64,000 nt of DNA from Carcharhinus amblyrhynchos (Eukaryota), in the NCBI GenBank assembly GCA_965287045.1, contig OZ336872.1, forward strand, positions 81,964,001 to 82,028,000. Direction: 5' to 3'. A program made the translations under genes and the position numbers. Shown here piece by piece: positions 49,700-63,070 of the stretch. Below the pieces are notes generated by a model, which was given only the letters and a program-made list of their open reading frames with translations, had not been told where the DNA came from and made no database searches. Within the stretch, counting starts at the first letter, position 1. Each line of letters starts with the position of its first letter.

Positions 49700-52630
49700 A
49701 AGAAACAGAAAATAGGAGTAGGCCATTCAGCCCTTTGAGCCTACCCCACCATTCACTATGATTATGGATGATCTTCCAACTCAGTAACCTGCTCCCACTT
49801 TTTCCCCATAATCCATGGATTCCAAGAATCTTGCAAACATTGTATGTTTACAAAAAAAGTTACAATGTTCTGGTCTCAGCTGCTTTCTGTGTTAGAGAAT
49901 TCCACTGACTCACCACTCTCTGGGTCAAAAATGTTCCATATCTCAGTCCTAAGTGGTTTATCCCATATTGTCAGACTGTGACTCCTGATTCTGCACTCCC
50001 CCATCATTGGGACCAGCCATCTGATCTTGTTAGAATTTTATAGTTTTCTTTGCCATCCCTCTTCCTTCTTCTAAGTTCCACTGAATATAATACTAACTAA
50101 CTCAATCTCTCCTCATGTCAGTCCTGCCATCCTAGTAATCAGACTGGTAAACTTTTGCTGCACACCCTTTATAGCAAGAACATCCTTCTTCAGATAAGGA
50201 GATGAAAACTACACAAAATATTCCAGGTGTTATCTCACCAAAGCCCTGTATAACTGCAACAAGACATCCTTACGCCTGCACTTGAATCCTCTCACTATGA
50301 AGACCAACATACCATTTGCCTTCTTCATCACTTGCTGTACCTGCATGCTCGCTTTCTGTGATGGTGTACAAGGACACCAGTTCTCACACATTCCCCTCTC
50401 TCAATTTACAGCCATTCAGATAATATCCCATCTTGTTTTTGCTACCAAAGTGGATAACCTCACATTAATCCACATTGTAATGCATTTTCCCATTCATTCA
50501 ACCTGTCCAAATCACACTGAAACATCTCTGCATCCTTCTCACAGCTCATCCGCCGTTCCTGGAGTTTTGTGCTATCTGAAAATTTGGAGATATTACATTT
50601 AGTTCCCTCTTCTAAATCATTAATATACATTGTGAATAGCTGGGGTCCAAGCAATGATCTCTGCAGTACCCGACTAGTCACTGTCTGCCATTCAGAAAAA
50701 GACCTGTTTATTCCTACTCAGTTTCCTTTCTGCCTCCTAGTTTGCTATCCATATCAATACACTACCCCAATCCCATGTCCCATTAATCTTACATGCTAAT
50801 CTCTTATGTGGGACCTTGGCGAAAGTCTTCTGACAGTCCAAATAAATCACATCCAGTGGTTCAACCTCATTAACTCTACTAGCTAGATACTTGAAAAATT
50901 CCAGATTTGTCAAGCATGATTTTCCTTTCATAAAACCATGCTGATCCCATCTGATTCTGCCAAGTGATGCTACTAAATCTTTTCTACTGAACTCTAGCAT
51001 TTTCTCCACTGTCAACGTCACACTAACTGGTCTGTAATTTTGTGTTTTCTCTCTGTCTCCCTTTTTAAATAGTGGGTATGCATTACCTACTCTCCAATCT
51101 GTAGGAATTGTTCCAGAGTCTTTAGAATCTTGGATGGTGACCACCAATGCATGCACTATTTCTATAGCCACTTCCTTAGGTACTCTGGGCTGTAGATTAT
51201 CAGGCCCTGGGGATTTATCAGGCTTCAATCCCATCAATTCCCCCAACATGTTTTCCCTATTAATATTGATTTTCTTCAGTTCCTTCCTGTCATTAAACCC
51301 TGTGCTCCCCAATGTTTCTAGTGTGTTACTTGTGTCCTTTTTGAAGGACAACTAAAGTATGCATTTAGTTGGTCAGCCATGTCTTTGTTCTCCATTTTAA
51401 ATTCCACTGTTTTTGACTGTAAGAGACTGCATTTGTCTTCATCAATCTTTTTCTCTTCACATACCTATAGAAACTTATAGCCAATTTTGATGTTCCCCAC
51501 AAGCTTACTTCTGTACTCTATTTTCCCCTTCTTAATCAAATCCTACTCCTCCTTTGTGGAATCCTAAATTGTTCCTGACCCTCAGATCTGCTGCTTTTTC
51601 AGGACAATTTGAATGCCTCTTCTTTGTATCCAATACGATCTCTAATTTCCTTTGTAAGCCATGATTTGGCCACCTTTCCTGTTTAATTTTGCACCAGGTG
51701 AAAATGAACAATTGTTGCAGTTCACCCATGCACTCTTTGAATGTTTGCCATTGCCTATCCACCATCATTCCTCTAAGTAACATTTCCCAATCCATAATAG
51801 CCAACTCGTGCCTCATACCATTATTGCCTCCTTTATCAAAGATTCAAGGCCCTAGCCTCAGAATCAACTATGTTACTCTCCATCTCTCCATCTTAATGGA
51901 GAATTCTATCATATTATGGGTGCTCATTCCCAAGAGGTCTTTCACAACTTGATTGTCATGATGTTGAGATGTCGGTGTTGGACTAGAGTAAGCACAGTAA
52001 GAAGTCTCACAACACCAGGTTAAAGTCCAACAAGTTTATTTGGAATCATGAGCTTTCGGAGTGCTGAAGGAGCAGTGTTCCAAAAGTTTGTGATTCCAAA
52101 TAAAATTGTTGGACTTTAACTAGATTGTCAATTATTCCTTTCCTATTACATCATACCCAGTCTAGGATGGTCTGTTCCCTAGCTGGTTCCTCAACATATT
52201 GGTCCAGAAAAACATTTTATAAACACTCCAGGAATTCTTCCTCTAGGGTATTGTTACTGATTTCATTATCCCAATCTGTATGCAGATTAAAGTAACCCAA
52301 AATTACAGATGTTCCTTTATCACATGCATCTCTAATTTCCTGTTTAATGTGGTCCCCAACATCACCCACTATAGTTTAGGGGACTACATGCAACCCCCAC
52401 TAACTTTTTTACCCCTTGGTGTTTCTCAGCTCTACCCACACATCATTATAACTAATATTCTTTCTCATATTTGCGTTAATTTCCTCTTTAACCAGCAATA
52501 CAACTTCACTGCCTTTTGCTTTTTGTCTGCCGTTCCTAAATACCCCTGAATGTTGAGTTCCTATCCTTGGTCACCTTGAACAATATGTCCATAATTGCGA
52601 CTGTATCATACTCTTACATCTATTTACGCA
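49700..52630 (-). mobile_element. Long degenerate CR1 LINE (endonuclease to 3' tail)
   Basis: LKPDKSPGPDNLQPRV..., NYRPVSVT, QHGFMKGKSCLTNLEFF, LLGPQLFTMYINDL, SKFSDSTKL. Confidence 0.95.
51959..52120. mobile_element. Penelope-derived foldback element
   Basis: Inverted arms gttaaagtccaaca.....tttggaatca / tgattccaaa.....tgttggactttaac; flanked by aact(t/a)gattgtca. Confidence 0.75.
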
Positions 52631-53122
52631 TCACATGACTTCAGCTAGGCGCCTGAGGAGATAAGAACTACTTGTTTACTTGAATTTTAATGCTGAAGAA
52701 ACAAAATAAGATGTTGTTTTCAGAGGCCCTGCTAATTTATTGACTGTGAGGACTTTCTGTTTTGAATTTATTTTCTGGACTCAGTTTTGTGGATAAATCA
52801 CAAAGGATAATGTTGTTTAATTCACTCTTTACATGCATGATATGAAATTCAGCATAGTTGTCAATATCCAGCTAGGAATCCTCACCTCGTTACCAGTTAT
52901 TTGTATTTGGGAACCTGAAATGAGAGAGGGGTCCTTAGGACACTGTTCCCCTTCACACTGAATCACTGTATCCACTGATCTGCCTTCACAGGCAGGAACA
53001 CCAGATTGACAGTGTCAAAACCCTTTGAGTTTTATCCTTCTTCATAATGCTTTCCCACTGATCAAAATGTGTTTTTTTTTCCTTAAACACCAACTTCTGC
53101 AGAGACCTTATTTGTTCTGTCC

Positions 53123-53124
<2 letters not shown>

Positions 53125-53158
<34 letters not shown>
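53125..53158 (+). repeat. (TG)n microsatellite
   Basis: About 16 uninterrupted TG units. Confidence 0.98.
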
Positions 53159-53159
<1 letters not shown>

Positions 53160-54099
53160 GGGGATTAAAGGGTTATATAATTGCAATTTATTATCCGGAA
53201 GCGTATGTTAAACAGTTTTTGCAATAGAAAGAAGTTTTGTTTCATAATATAGCAATGATTTTGAGTTCATTGAAAGGAGCCTGGTTAAAATATCTTTTAT
53301 TTTGGCTGTAATAATACTGAAAGTAAACAATTGGCCTTTTTTGGTGAGTAAACTAAACATGCACATTTATGGTGTGCTCTGTGGAGTACTGGGGCTTGAG
53401 ATACTGCTCACATTGTGCTCATATATATTCAGATAATTGAGACCTTCTTGTGGATTCTTAGCTGGCATTTCAAGAAGTTGCAGTGGAGTCCAGTTGTTCC
53501 ATTATCACCTGTATTTCTGGGCACTCTGCTTCGGGGTGAACAATTATGACTGGCAAATGAAAAAGAATACTAGTACAAGCATTGATCTGCTGCAGGAATG
53601 CAGGGGAAAGATGGTGCACATAATATATAGGCAATAACTAGAAGCTTGCATGTCTGGTAGTGAAATTATCTCAATATTACAGCCTTATTGAAGCCTTTCT
53701 ATTTCTAACATAGCTAACTTTTAAAAGATGTTTTCCCCCCAGTGGTGAATTCTAGGCACTAAATTATTTTAGGAAAATACAACAAACATACAACAAATCA
53801 GTGAAAACAAATCAGCAAATGGAATGACTTCTGGGCATCACTGTGTGTATCTCTGGTATCAGATCTCAGGGAAGATTCCTACCAACACGAGTTTCATTCA
53901 GTCTATTTCTACAAGCTTATTTTAATATTCATTAAGCATTAAAGAGAATGTGTCAATTTCATAAATCTGTTTCGTCTTTAGAATATAACCTCTTACTACA
54001 TAATTTAGTGAGAGTTGGCACAGTAGTCTGGAGTTCTGCATTAAATTTCTTTTCCTTTTCTCTCTGCAGCTGTTCTCTCATTCTTGTTTAAAGGGGCAT

Positions 54100-54520
54100 T
54101 TATTGTCTGAAAGAAAGACAGGCTTATATTTACCTAAAATTTTCAATGAATCAGACAGAGCATCCCAATGTTTTTCACAGCCACAATGTACTTTTGAAGT
54201 GTAGTTACTGACTGTTGTTTTGAGGGAAATACAACAGCCAATTGGCACACAAGTTCCCACAAACAGCAATATGATAATAACCAGATAATCTGTTGATTAA
54301 TTAATGAATAGTGACCAGCACACTGGGGATAACTATTGTGCTCTTCATAAGAGTTCTATTTATCTTTTATGTTCAACTGTGAGAGCTGATGGGACCATTA
54401 TTTAATGTTTCATCCAAACGTTAGCAAGTCCAATAGTGCAACACACTCTCAGTACTGCACTGCAGTGTCAGCCTTGGGTTTTGTACTCAATTCACTGAAG
54501 TGGGACTTTTGAACCTAAAA
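54100..54520 (-). mobile_element. DeuSINE/SacSINE1-like relic
   Basis: Reverse of the 2470-3115 element (gtgggactt...; ggggataact...gctcttca; ttggcacacaagttcccacaaacagcaat). Confidence 0.65.
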
Positions 54521-54604
54521 CAATTAAAAAGATGACAACTTCATGGAACGCCTTCACACAGTCTGCAAGCATGACACCGACCTTCGACTGCTTGTTATTT
54601 AAAG

Positions 54605-54878
54605 CTAAAGTTTATTTATTTATTAATCACGAGTATACTTACATTAACACTGCAATGAAGTTACACATTCTGGCACCTGTTCGGGTACACTGAGGGAGAA
54701 TTTAGCATGCTACCTAACCAGCACGTCTTTTGGATTGTGGGAGGAAACTGGAGCACTCGGGGTAACCCACACAGATGCGGGGAGAACGTGCAGATTCCTC
54801 ACAGACAGTGACCCAAGCCGAGAATTGAACTTGGGTCCCCGGTATGTGAGGCAGCAGTACTAACCGCTGTGCCACCAT
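54605..54878 (-). mobile_element. V-SINE (alternative-tail subfamily)
   Basis: Same structure as 23010-23311. Confidence 0.85.
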
Positions 54879-54879
54879 G

Positions 54880-56035
54880 TTCCAACTCACCATTTTGCTC
54901 TCACGCCCACTTAGTGGTTCCTGACCTCCTGCAATGTTACAGTGGAAGCCCAAAGCAAACTGGAGGAACAGCTCCTCATCTTCCATTGAGGCACTCGACG
55001 GTCTTCTGGACTTAACATCGAGTTCAACAGCTTCAGGCCATGAACCCTGTCCTCAAAGTGGTTCATTTAGTTCACATTCTTTTCCTCAATCCCCTCCCCA
55101 ACCCCAACTCCCCTAACAGGCCAGTTTGTAACTTGTTCTTATGTTTTGCTTTCAGAGAACGTTAACCTTATTCTGCTGTTAACACATTCTGCTATCTGAC
55201 CTTTATGATACTATTAGCACATTCCTCACTATCATTAACACTCCCCTTGTATTGTGACCATGACATCTTGTGAAAACTCCTGAGCTCACATTTATCCCTG
55301 ACCTTTACAGTACTCCACTCCTTCTCTTCAACAGTATAAAAAACATCACGGGTGGCAGGGTAGCACAATGGTTAGCACTGCTGCGTCACAGCTCAAGAGA
55401 CCTGGGTTTGACTCCCGGCTTGGGTCACTGTCTGTGTGGAGTCTGCACATTCTCCTCGTGTCTGAGTGGGTTTTCTCTGGGTGCTCTGGTTTCCTCCCAC
55501 AATCCAAAGATGTTCAGCTTAGGTTGACTGGCCATGCTAAAATTGCCTCTTAGTGTCCTGAGATGTGTAGGTTAGAGAGATTAGTGGGTAAAATATGTAG
55601 GGATATAGGAAGGTAGGTCATGGGTAGGATTCTGGTTGGTGCAGACTCACTGGGCCGAATGGCCTCTTTCTGTACTGTAGGGATTCTATTCTATGATCAT
55701 GGGGGGAGTTCTCCGGCCTCCCAGATGTGTGTTTCTCGGTGGTGGGTGGGATGTAGCATGCTGTTGTTCACTAGTGGCAGGACCCTCAGGTCCTGACACT
55801 ATCAATGGGATCTTCCATTAATGTCACTCCATGCTACTGAGAAACACCAGGAAAGGCTGCGCCGCCAGCGGGATTGGAGAATCCCACCGGCATCAACGAC
55901 CAGGGAAATATCCCTCCTCACATTTCTACCTCCCTTCAGTCTGAAGAAGAGTCATTCAGATTTAAAATATTAACTGTTTCTCCCTACAGTGATGATGCCA
56001 GAGTTTATCCAGCATTTTCTGTTCTTATTTCAGAG
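54880..56035 (+). mobile_element. Penelope-like element 3' part (GIY-YIG remnant plus terminal repeat), interrupted by a V-SINE (55350-55696) and a MITE (55701-55917)
   Basis: aaactggaggaacagctcctcatcttc ~KLEEQLLIF...GLNIEFNSF; end ctgaagaagagtcattcag...ccagcattttctgttcttatttcag. Confidence 0.75.
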
Positions 56036-58660
56036 TTGATTACAAGGTACGTAAAGAACATAGCCTTATTCGTATATTCAGAAAATTACAATCTCCCGAT
56101 CATTCCATCCAACATTTTAGAATGATTCCTGTTTTTTGTTTCCATTATCCTTCTCAGAAGTCCACTCAATAAGTGATCGCTGTTTGTTTGAAGGGTTTCT
56201 TGACATCAATTTTCCATTGACAAATTTGAACTAAGCACCTTGCGCTATTGTTGTGTTCATTTAAAGTGATTTTCTAGATTTGCATGTTTATCTACTATTT
56301 TCCATTTTTTTAGCTCAAAAAAATGTTTTTTTTTCCCAATTCAATCTTCAGAAGCTAGGAATCAGCTCAATGGCTCTCATGAAGCCAGACATAGTGCCAA
56401 AAGGCACAGAGCTCTCTAAGTTGACTGTCAGCTAAGAGACTGAGCAGATCCTTTCATATAATTACACTGGGACAATTTAAATACAGCATGCCTACAAAGT
56501 TGATGACAGACTTGCTCAGAGCCGCCACAGCAGGTATTATCAATCAAACAATGTTTACTTTTATGATGTGAAAGCCAAAAGATTTAGTTGTCAGTCACAC
56601 CCTTCAACAAACCTCTCATGAAAGACATGACTACAGCCGAGGTTGTTGAACAGTGAGATTTGCTATTGGGATGCTACTGGTCATTTGTTTTTAACATTAA
56701 AACCAGATGATGAAACAGATGTAACATCAATAGATCCCCAATTGGTTGGTCAGAGTTCAAATTCCAATCTTGACTAAAACCAGGTTCACATTGTACAGAA
56801 ATGATTGTTTATCTTGGCAGCCACAAGTTTGGAAGTTACCTCATTTATATTGGAGAGTGGCCCAACATCCACTTTTTGCAGACAGAATAAGAGTTTTGCA
56901 AACTTTTGTGGCGTTTGAAAAAGCAGATGTTTCCATTATCAGGAACAGTGACTGTAAACATTTGTCAGATATGGAAAACATGAATACTCTAGAACCACCA
57001 TCTAACTGGAATAGAATACCCTTGACTTTGGCACAAAGAGCAGTCCAGATGTAATACAAGTAGTGAGAAGATCAGTTGTTTCTTTATTCAATCTTTTAAC
57101 CCTAGCCAATAGAAACAGTGATCTGTCCTTGTTTTATTTCCAAAAGATACAGAAAACATGTCAAACATAAAAGTGCCTGGAATATTCTCTGAATTATCAG
57201 TTGAGTCTGCTGTGAGCCTCCAATCATTTGGGATGAACACAGACCAGAGAAGCACTTATTGCAGAGATACAGATACTGTATTCTTTTAGAGAACTTCATT
57301 AGTATCACCAGAAACACCAAAGTTAAAAGATTGCGACCAAAGCTCTAGTGATTGCAATGAGAAATCTAGATCCCTCCAGAAATGCAGCCAATAAAGTTCA
57401 TTAGATATTTGCTGCAAACTCTGGGGTGTCCATGTATTTTCACAGAACAGGCAGCTGCACAACAGAGGATTTCTGGCTTAGAGTGAAGATAAAGACTCAC
57501 TGGCTTGGGAACACAGCAATGTGATCGCAAAGACTATTGGGTTTGCCCTCTCATCAGGCTACATGTGGCAAGGAGATCAGCTTGCAGCTTCAGATAAATC
57601 TCTTGGGAGACATTCCACGAAGTAATTAAAGTACTTGGAGGATTATGGACTTGATGATTTGCAACTAATGCTGCCCTCCCACTGGGACTAGCATTGTATT
57701 GTAACTTTATAATTTATTTCTCCTCAGGTGCTTATCTAATTCTCACTTAAAAGCCACGATTGAATCTGCCTCCACCACACTCCCAGGGACCACATTCCAG
57801 ATCCCAATCACTCGCTGCCTAAAAAAGGTTTTCAACTCATGCTGCTATTCTTTCGCCCACTGCTTTAAATTGATGTCTTTCTTTTCCCTTCCATCAATGG
57901 AAACAGTTTATCTCCATCTACTCTATGCATTTGGCAGCACAAGGAAATGGCCCCAATGTCCTTTTCATTCATAAATAACCTTAAATGTTGTCTCTGGCTT
58001 AATCTACCAGACTCATGCGCCGGAATTCTACTGCCCCGCCCGTCACAGAATCTAAACGAGTGAGGGGTGGACAATGGGAATGTCCTTTGACCTTGAGCTG
58101 GAATTTCCGGTAATGCTCGACTAAGGCCTTAAAATCCTACCCCAATGGAGTATGTGACATTGGTAATGACATACAAATCTACTCACAAAACTGAACTTTA
58201 AAATGCCAAATATGTTCCACATGCTTGGAAAGCCCACATGCCAACTCAAAGCCCACAGGTATCCTCCTCTGCCCTGTGTTCCACTCTATCTCCTCACACT
58301 GATAGAAATGGTATACTTACATAGAAACAAGTCTACTTCCAAACTGCTGGCCCTGCCTAAGGGTAGTATTAAGCTGCAGTTGTAAAGACTTTCCTTTTTT
58401 TAAATAACATGTTCAACACACTAATTGTAGTAAGGGACATGTAAAAGGCAAAGCGCCCTCCCATGGTACATAGCTTTCTGCAGAAAGACTACATTATTGA
58501 ACTGTATTTACATCAGCCAACTGTAGCTAATTACCAAGAACAAAGACTTAACTCCAAAATGGTGATGATCACAATACAATATGGGCCACAGGTAACAAAG
58601 GATTTAAAATGTCTGAAAAGAGATGGAACCATGTTAATTTTTAAGATATTGGACCTCATT

Positions 58661-60655
58661 CTCCCATTTTGGGACTAAGTGCCCACATTGGCGGGAAAAA
58701 GGGAGCGTTTGCTATTGGCACTGGCAGTATCTGTCAGATGGGATTCACCCTCCTGAAAGATGCTTATATTCTCATTTTGAGCAAGCCGCTGGCCAGCCCC
58801 GCTGTTCCGAGAACAGGCAATCATTTTTAAATGGCTCCCCGATTTCCACACTCAGAAACGGACCCCCCTCCCCACAAATAGTGAAATGATGCCCCCCCAA
58901 ACTCCTCACCAATGAAGGGCATCCTGCCCACCACCCACAAATAACAGATAACACTCCCCCCACACCACACGAGGGTTACCCAACCCATACCCCCCTACAC
59001 AGTGTCTGCTTCTCCCTAAACCCCATTCCCCCTCAGACCCCTTTTCAGGCCACACACTTTGGCAGTGTCCATGGTGCACTGTCCCCTGGCACCGACACAT
59101 CGGCCTGGTGTCTTGGGCCTAAGGGGACCCAAGGAGGTAAGTCCAGAGGGTATTTGCCCCTCTGCTGCTGTCAGGCTGCACAGGAAGGCTTCCTGAGGGG
59201 TTCTGGGATTGACCTCATCACTCTACCCCAGGGTGAAGTGTCATGGTTCACCCTGGCATACAAGTAGATCAACCCTGGCATGGTGATTTCAGTAAGAGTC
59301 TCACAACACCAGGTTAAAGTCCAACAAGTTTATTTGGTAGCAAAAGCCACTAGCTTTCGGAGTGCTGCCACACTCCCCTGACGTAGGGGCAGCTCTCTGA
59401 AAGCTAGTGGCTTTTGTTACCAAATAAACCTGTTGGACTTTAACCGGTGTTGTGAGACTTCCTACAGTGTTTACCCCAGTTCAACACCGGCATCTCCACA
59501 TCATGGTGATTTCAGGCAGCTCTGTGACCAACATTTGCTTTCCTGCCTGTTGGCTGTGAGAATTCTGAAGTGGCCAGGTCACTTTATCCTCCATGCTCTT
59601 CGCTCACCTTGCAGGCTTTTAAATCATTGCCTTGCGCCATTCTGCAGCAGAAATTTCCCTTTCTCCTTGTCAGAAGCTGCAGGTGAGAGCAGAACCCTTT
59701 GAAGTCCTCTGACAGAGAGGAAGTGTCAATTTCACCTCAGGAATTGAGTGGGGGGGGTTCTACACAGCTGTATACTCAGCCCTATTGTGTGCACACAGCT
59801 TTGATCTGAAGTTGCTGAGGTTTCCTATCAAATTGAATTCTTTGAAACCCTCTCCATTCCAATGGAACCTTCATCAAATTTGATGTACAGTACCTCAAAA
59901 AAGTCTTCCATTTACAGCTTGATGAATTTCTATCATCCTCCAACCACTTGTGTTTGTTTCCATTTTCCTTCATAACTTAATGCACTTCAAGTACCCCACT
60001 GATCGTGACCACAATGTTGATAGAGTCTAACCCTGATTGACAGCTTGGCTGCAGCCAAGAGAAAATGGCTACTGGACCAACCTCCTTGAGTTTGGAGCCC
60101 AAGGCACCAGGTGAGGGTGTCAGCACCAGGGGACAGCGCACTGTTGATACTGCCAAGGCCCTTGGCCTGAAGGGTGGCTGAGTGGTGGGTCAGAAGGTGT
60201 AAGGGGGCTGGGTGGGGGTTTCTAAGGAGGAAGGGGCTGGGCGAGAGGTCTCGGTGGGGGGGGCGCTAGAGGGGTTTAGGTTGGGTCACCCTGCGTGATG
60301 TGGTGGATGGGAAAGGATGCCCCGCTTCTCTGAGAGGTTGGCATTGCTGCCCTGGACCCTGGCGGTCCAGCTAATCATATCCCGCTTGTAGAGAGCACAT
60401 GTGAAGCCCACCTGGTGCTGTTTCTGCTAGCATTAGTAAAAGGTGGGATGCTGGTAAATGGCCTGTTAAACTTGCTAGTGACATTCAAATTAGTGAGTTT
60501 GCATAATTTTGGGTTACTGCCCACTTTGGGCCAGAACCCGATCAGGGCCAGATGAATTCGGACAGCCATCTCTCCCATTGGGAATCCTAAATTTTGGCCG
60601 ACATCCCATTCACTGGGACATCGGGATCCTCACTGGCCGTCTGAAAGAATCACTC
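58661..60655. mobile_element. Large GC-rich TIR-element complex (approximate)
   Basis: GGACCTCATTCTCCC start, AGAATCACTC end, C-rich left and G-rich right interiors. Confidence 0.45.
59293..59501. mobile_element. Penelope-derived foldback element with 14-bp flanking direct repeat
   Basis: About 75-bp near-perfect inverted arms; catggtgatttcag at 59279-92 and 59502-15. Confidence 0.8.
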
Positions 60656-60764
60656 TCGTTATTGTAACAAAGATTGTCAGAAATACGCAGCAAGTCAGTT
60701 AATATCTGAAAAGACAATGACTGATTTACATTGTGGGCTTCGGTTCCTTAATAGAACATGAGAC

Positions 60765-61040
60765 ATTGGAAATATTGGACATTGGAACAGGAGTGGGCCT
60801 TTCAATCCCTCGAGCATTCAACTAGATTGTGGCTGATCTTCTACTTCGATCTCATTTTCCTGCACTATCCCCATGTCCTTTGATACCTTTAATATCTAGA
60901 AATCTATGTCTTGAATATACCCAATGACTGAGTCTCCATAGTCCACTGTGGTAGAAAATTCCAAAGATTCAACCTTCTCTTGGTGAAGAAATTCCTCCTC
61001 TTCTCAATCCTAAATGGCCTACCACTTACTCTGAGATCAT
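60765..61040 (-). mobile_element. CR1 3' end fragment
   Basis: ggaacaggagtgggcctttc...gtgaagaaattcctcctcttctcaatcctaaatgg. Confidence 0.75.
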
Positions 61041-61273
61041 CCCTTAGTATCAAGGCGGTTAGTAGAGTAAATATATGTGATGTTATGAAGATAGGGTCTG
61101 GATGGTATTGTAGTCGGTGCAGACTCGATGGGCTGAATGGCCTCCTTCTGCATTGTAGGGACTATAGGAAGTGTTCCACAATTTATAACCAGGTTCCAAA
61201 AAAAAACCCTTTCTCTTCTTCCTTTGTTATATGGTGGGATCACATTTGCCATCTTCTAATCTGCAGGAATCGG

Positions 61274-61587
61274 TGGGCAGCACAGTGTCAGAGCAGTTAG
61301 CGCTGCTGCCTCACAGTGCTAGGGATCAGGGTTCAATTCCGACCTCAGGTCACTGTCTGTGTGGAGTTTGTACGTTCTCCCCATTCTGCGTGAGTTTCCA
61401 CCGATTTCCTCCCACAGTTCAAAGATGTGCAGGTTAGCTTGATTGGCTATGCTAAATTGTCCCTTAGTGTCAAGGAGATTAGTAGGGTAAATATGTGGTA
61501 TTTTGAGGATAGGGCTTGGGTGGGATTGCGGTCGGTGCAAACTTGATGGGTTGAATGGTCCCCTTCTGTACCGTAGGGATTCTAGGA
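61274..61587 (+). mobile_element. HE1-like V-SINE (preceded by a partial SINE 3' end at 61040-61165)
   Basis: Head, V-domain and tail present. Confidence 0.87.
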
Positions 61588-62728
61588 GTCGTCCCACAAC
61601 CTATACAAATTTGGAAGATAACCAACAACCCATCCATTATCTCTGTAGTCTCTTTCAACACTCTGGGTATACATCCTCAGGGTTTAGGGGATTCATGTTT
61701 CTCATTTCCTTCATGTTCTGTTTTTGTTGCTGGTTTTGCAGCTCTACAATCTCTTCAGCACTGTTCGCGAGAAGAAATATGATCAGGAGCAGGCCAGTCA
61801 GACCCTGGAGGCTGCTCCACATTTCAATAAGACCACATGGTTAACCTTTTACTTCAATTCCACTGCCTTGCCTTGTGCTCATGTCCATTGATTCCCTTAG
61901 CACCCAAAAAAACTATGTTCTTCATCTTAAACATGCTCACTGACTGAGCGTCGATAACCCTAATGGGATTTTAAAAAATCACAAGAGGAGTTGAAAGTTA
62001 ACTATTTGAACATACACACACAGAAGACAAGTGGCAGTTTAACATTGGTGTAAAAGAATTAATAAAAAAAGCCATATTGAACCTGCTTTTCTTAAAGGAT
62101 AAAAAAAATGTAAATTTCTTCCCAAAGGCTGGAGTACTTTTGTGAAGTTAGGTCAAATATTAGAGGCAGATATTTTAAAAACACACGTGGCTGGGACTGT
62201 CCAACCCCATCATTGTGCGATCCGCTGCGGGAAATTCGGTAAGCATTGACTTTTGGCTGGAATGGATGATCCCGGCAGTGGGCAGGCCTGTAAAATCCCA
62301 CCCTACCGTCTCCTGTTCTATTTTCCTTCCCTCTTTCTCCAATCACTATCGCAGGTTTATTGTAGGCAAAAAAAACAGCAAGAAGAATAAAGCACACTTT
62401 AGGAACTGTGATTTCCTCAGCTCATTAAGTGATGATTATGATGCTCACTTTGATTAATCCATTCCTTACAGTTATACATGCCTTTACTTCGCTGATTAAT
62501 TTCCCCATCAGTCAACAGTAGTGATGGTGCGCTACAATTCACAAACATTGCTGAAGAATGCATGCTTCCTTTAAAGAGAAAAAGCACCCAGTTTATGAAA
62601 GACTCGCTAACAAGCGGCTATTTTATCACAACTGCATGCCACAAATTAATATTTCAACAGTAAACAGTTCTCTTTTAACACTAAATAATTGAAGCAAAAT
62701 TACAGAAATTTGTGAATGTATTCACAAT

Positions 62729-63070
62729 GGGTGGCACAGTGGCAATCACTGCTGCCTCACAGTGCTAGTGTTTGATTCCAGCCACGGGTAGCTATCTGTG
62801 AAGAGTATGCACATGCTTCCCGCGTCTGCGTGGGTTTCCTCCAGGTGCTCCAGTTTCTCCCACACTTCAAAGTTTTAAAGTTTATTTATCAGTGTCACAA
62901 GTAGGCTTACATCAAGCCCAAAACAAAATTACTGTGTGCAGGTTAGATGGACTGGCCATGCGAGGGGTTGTGGGGATTGGGCCTAGATAGGGTGCTCTTT
63001 TGGAGGGTCGGTTCAGACTCGATGTACCAAATGGCTCTTCTACACCATAGGGATTCAATATGATTCTATG
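62729..63070 (+). mobile_element. HE1-like V-SINE with an inverted alternative-tail insert at ~62872-62915
   Basis: SINE body interrupted by aaagtttatttatcagtgtcacaagtaggcttacat. Confidence 0.8.

Noticed and set aside
6775-61970. CR1 orientation bias (mostly antisense to the gene below 47 kb, sense above)
   Set aside because: Too few independent insertions to distinguish from chance.
2545-63070. tRNA-like A/B boxes
   Set aside because: All are SINE heads followed by a V-domain, not tRNA genes.
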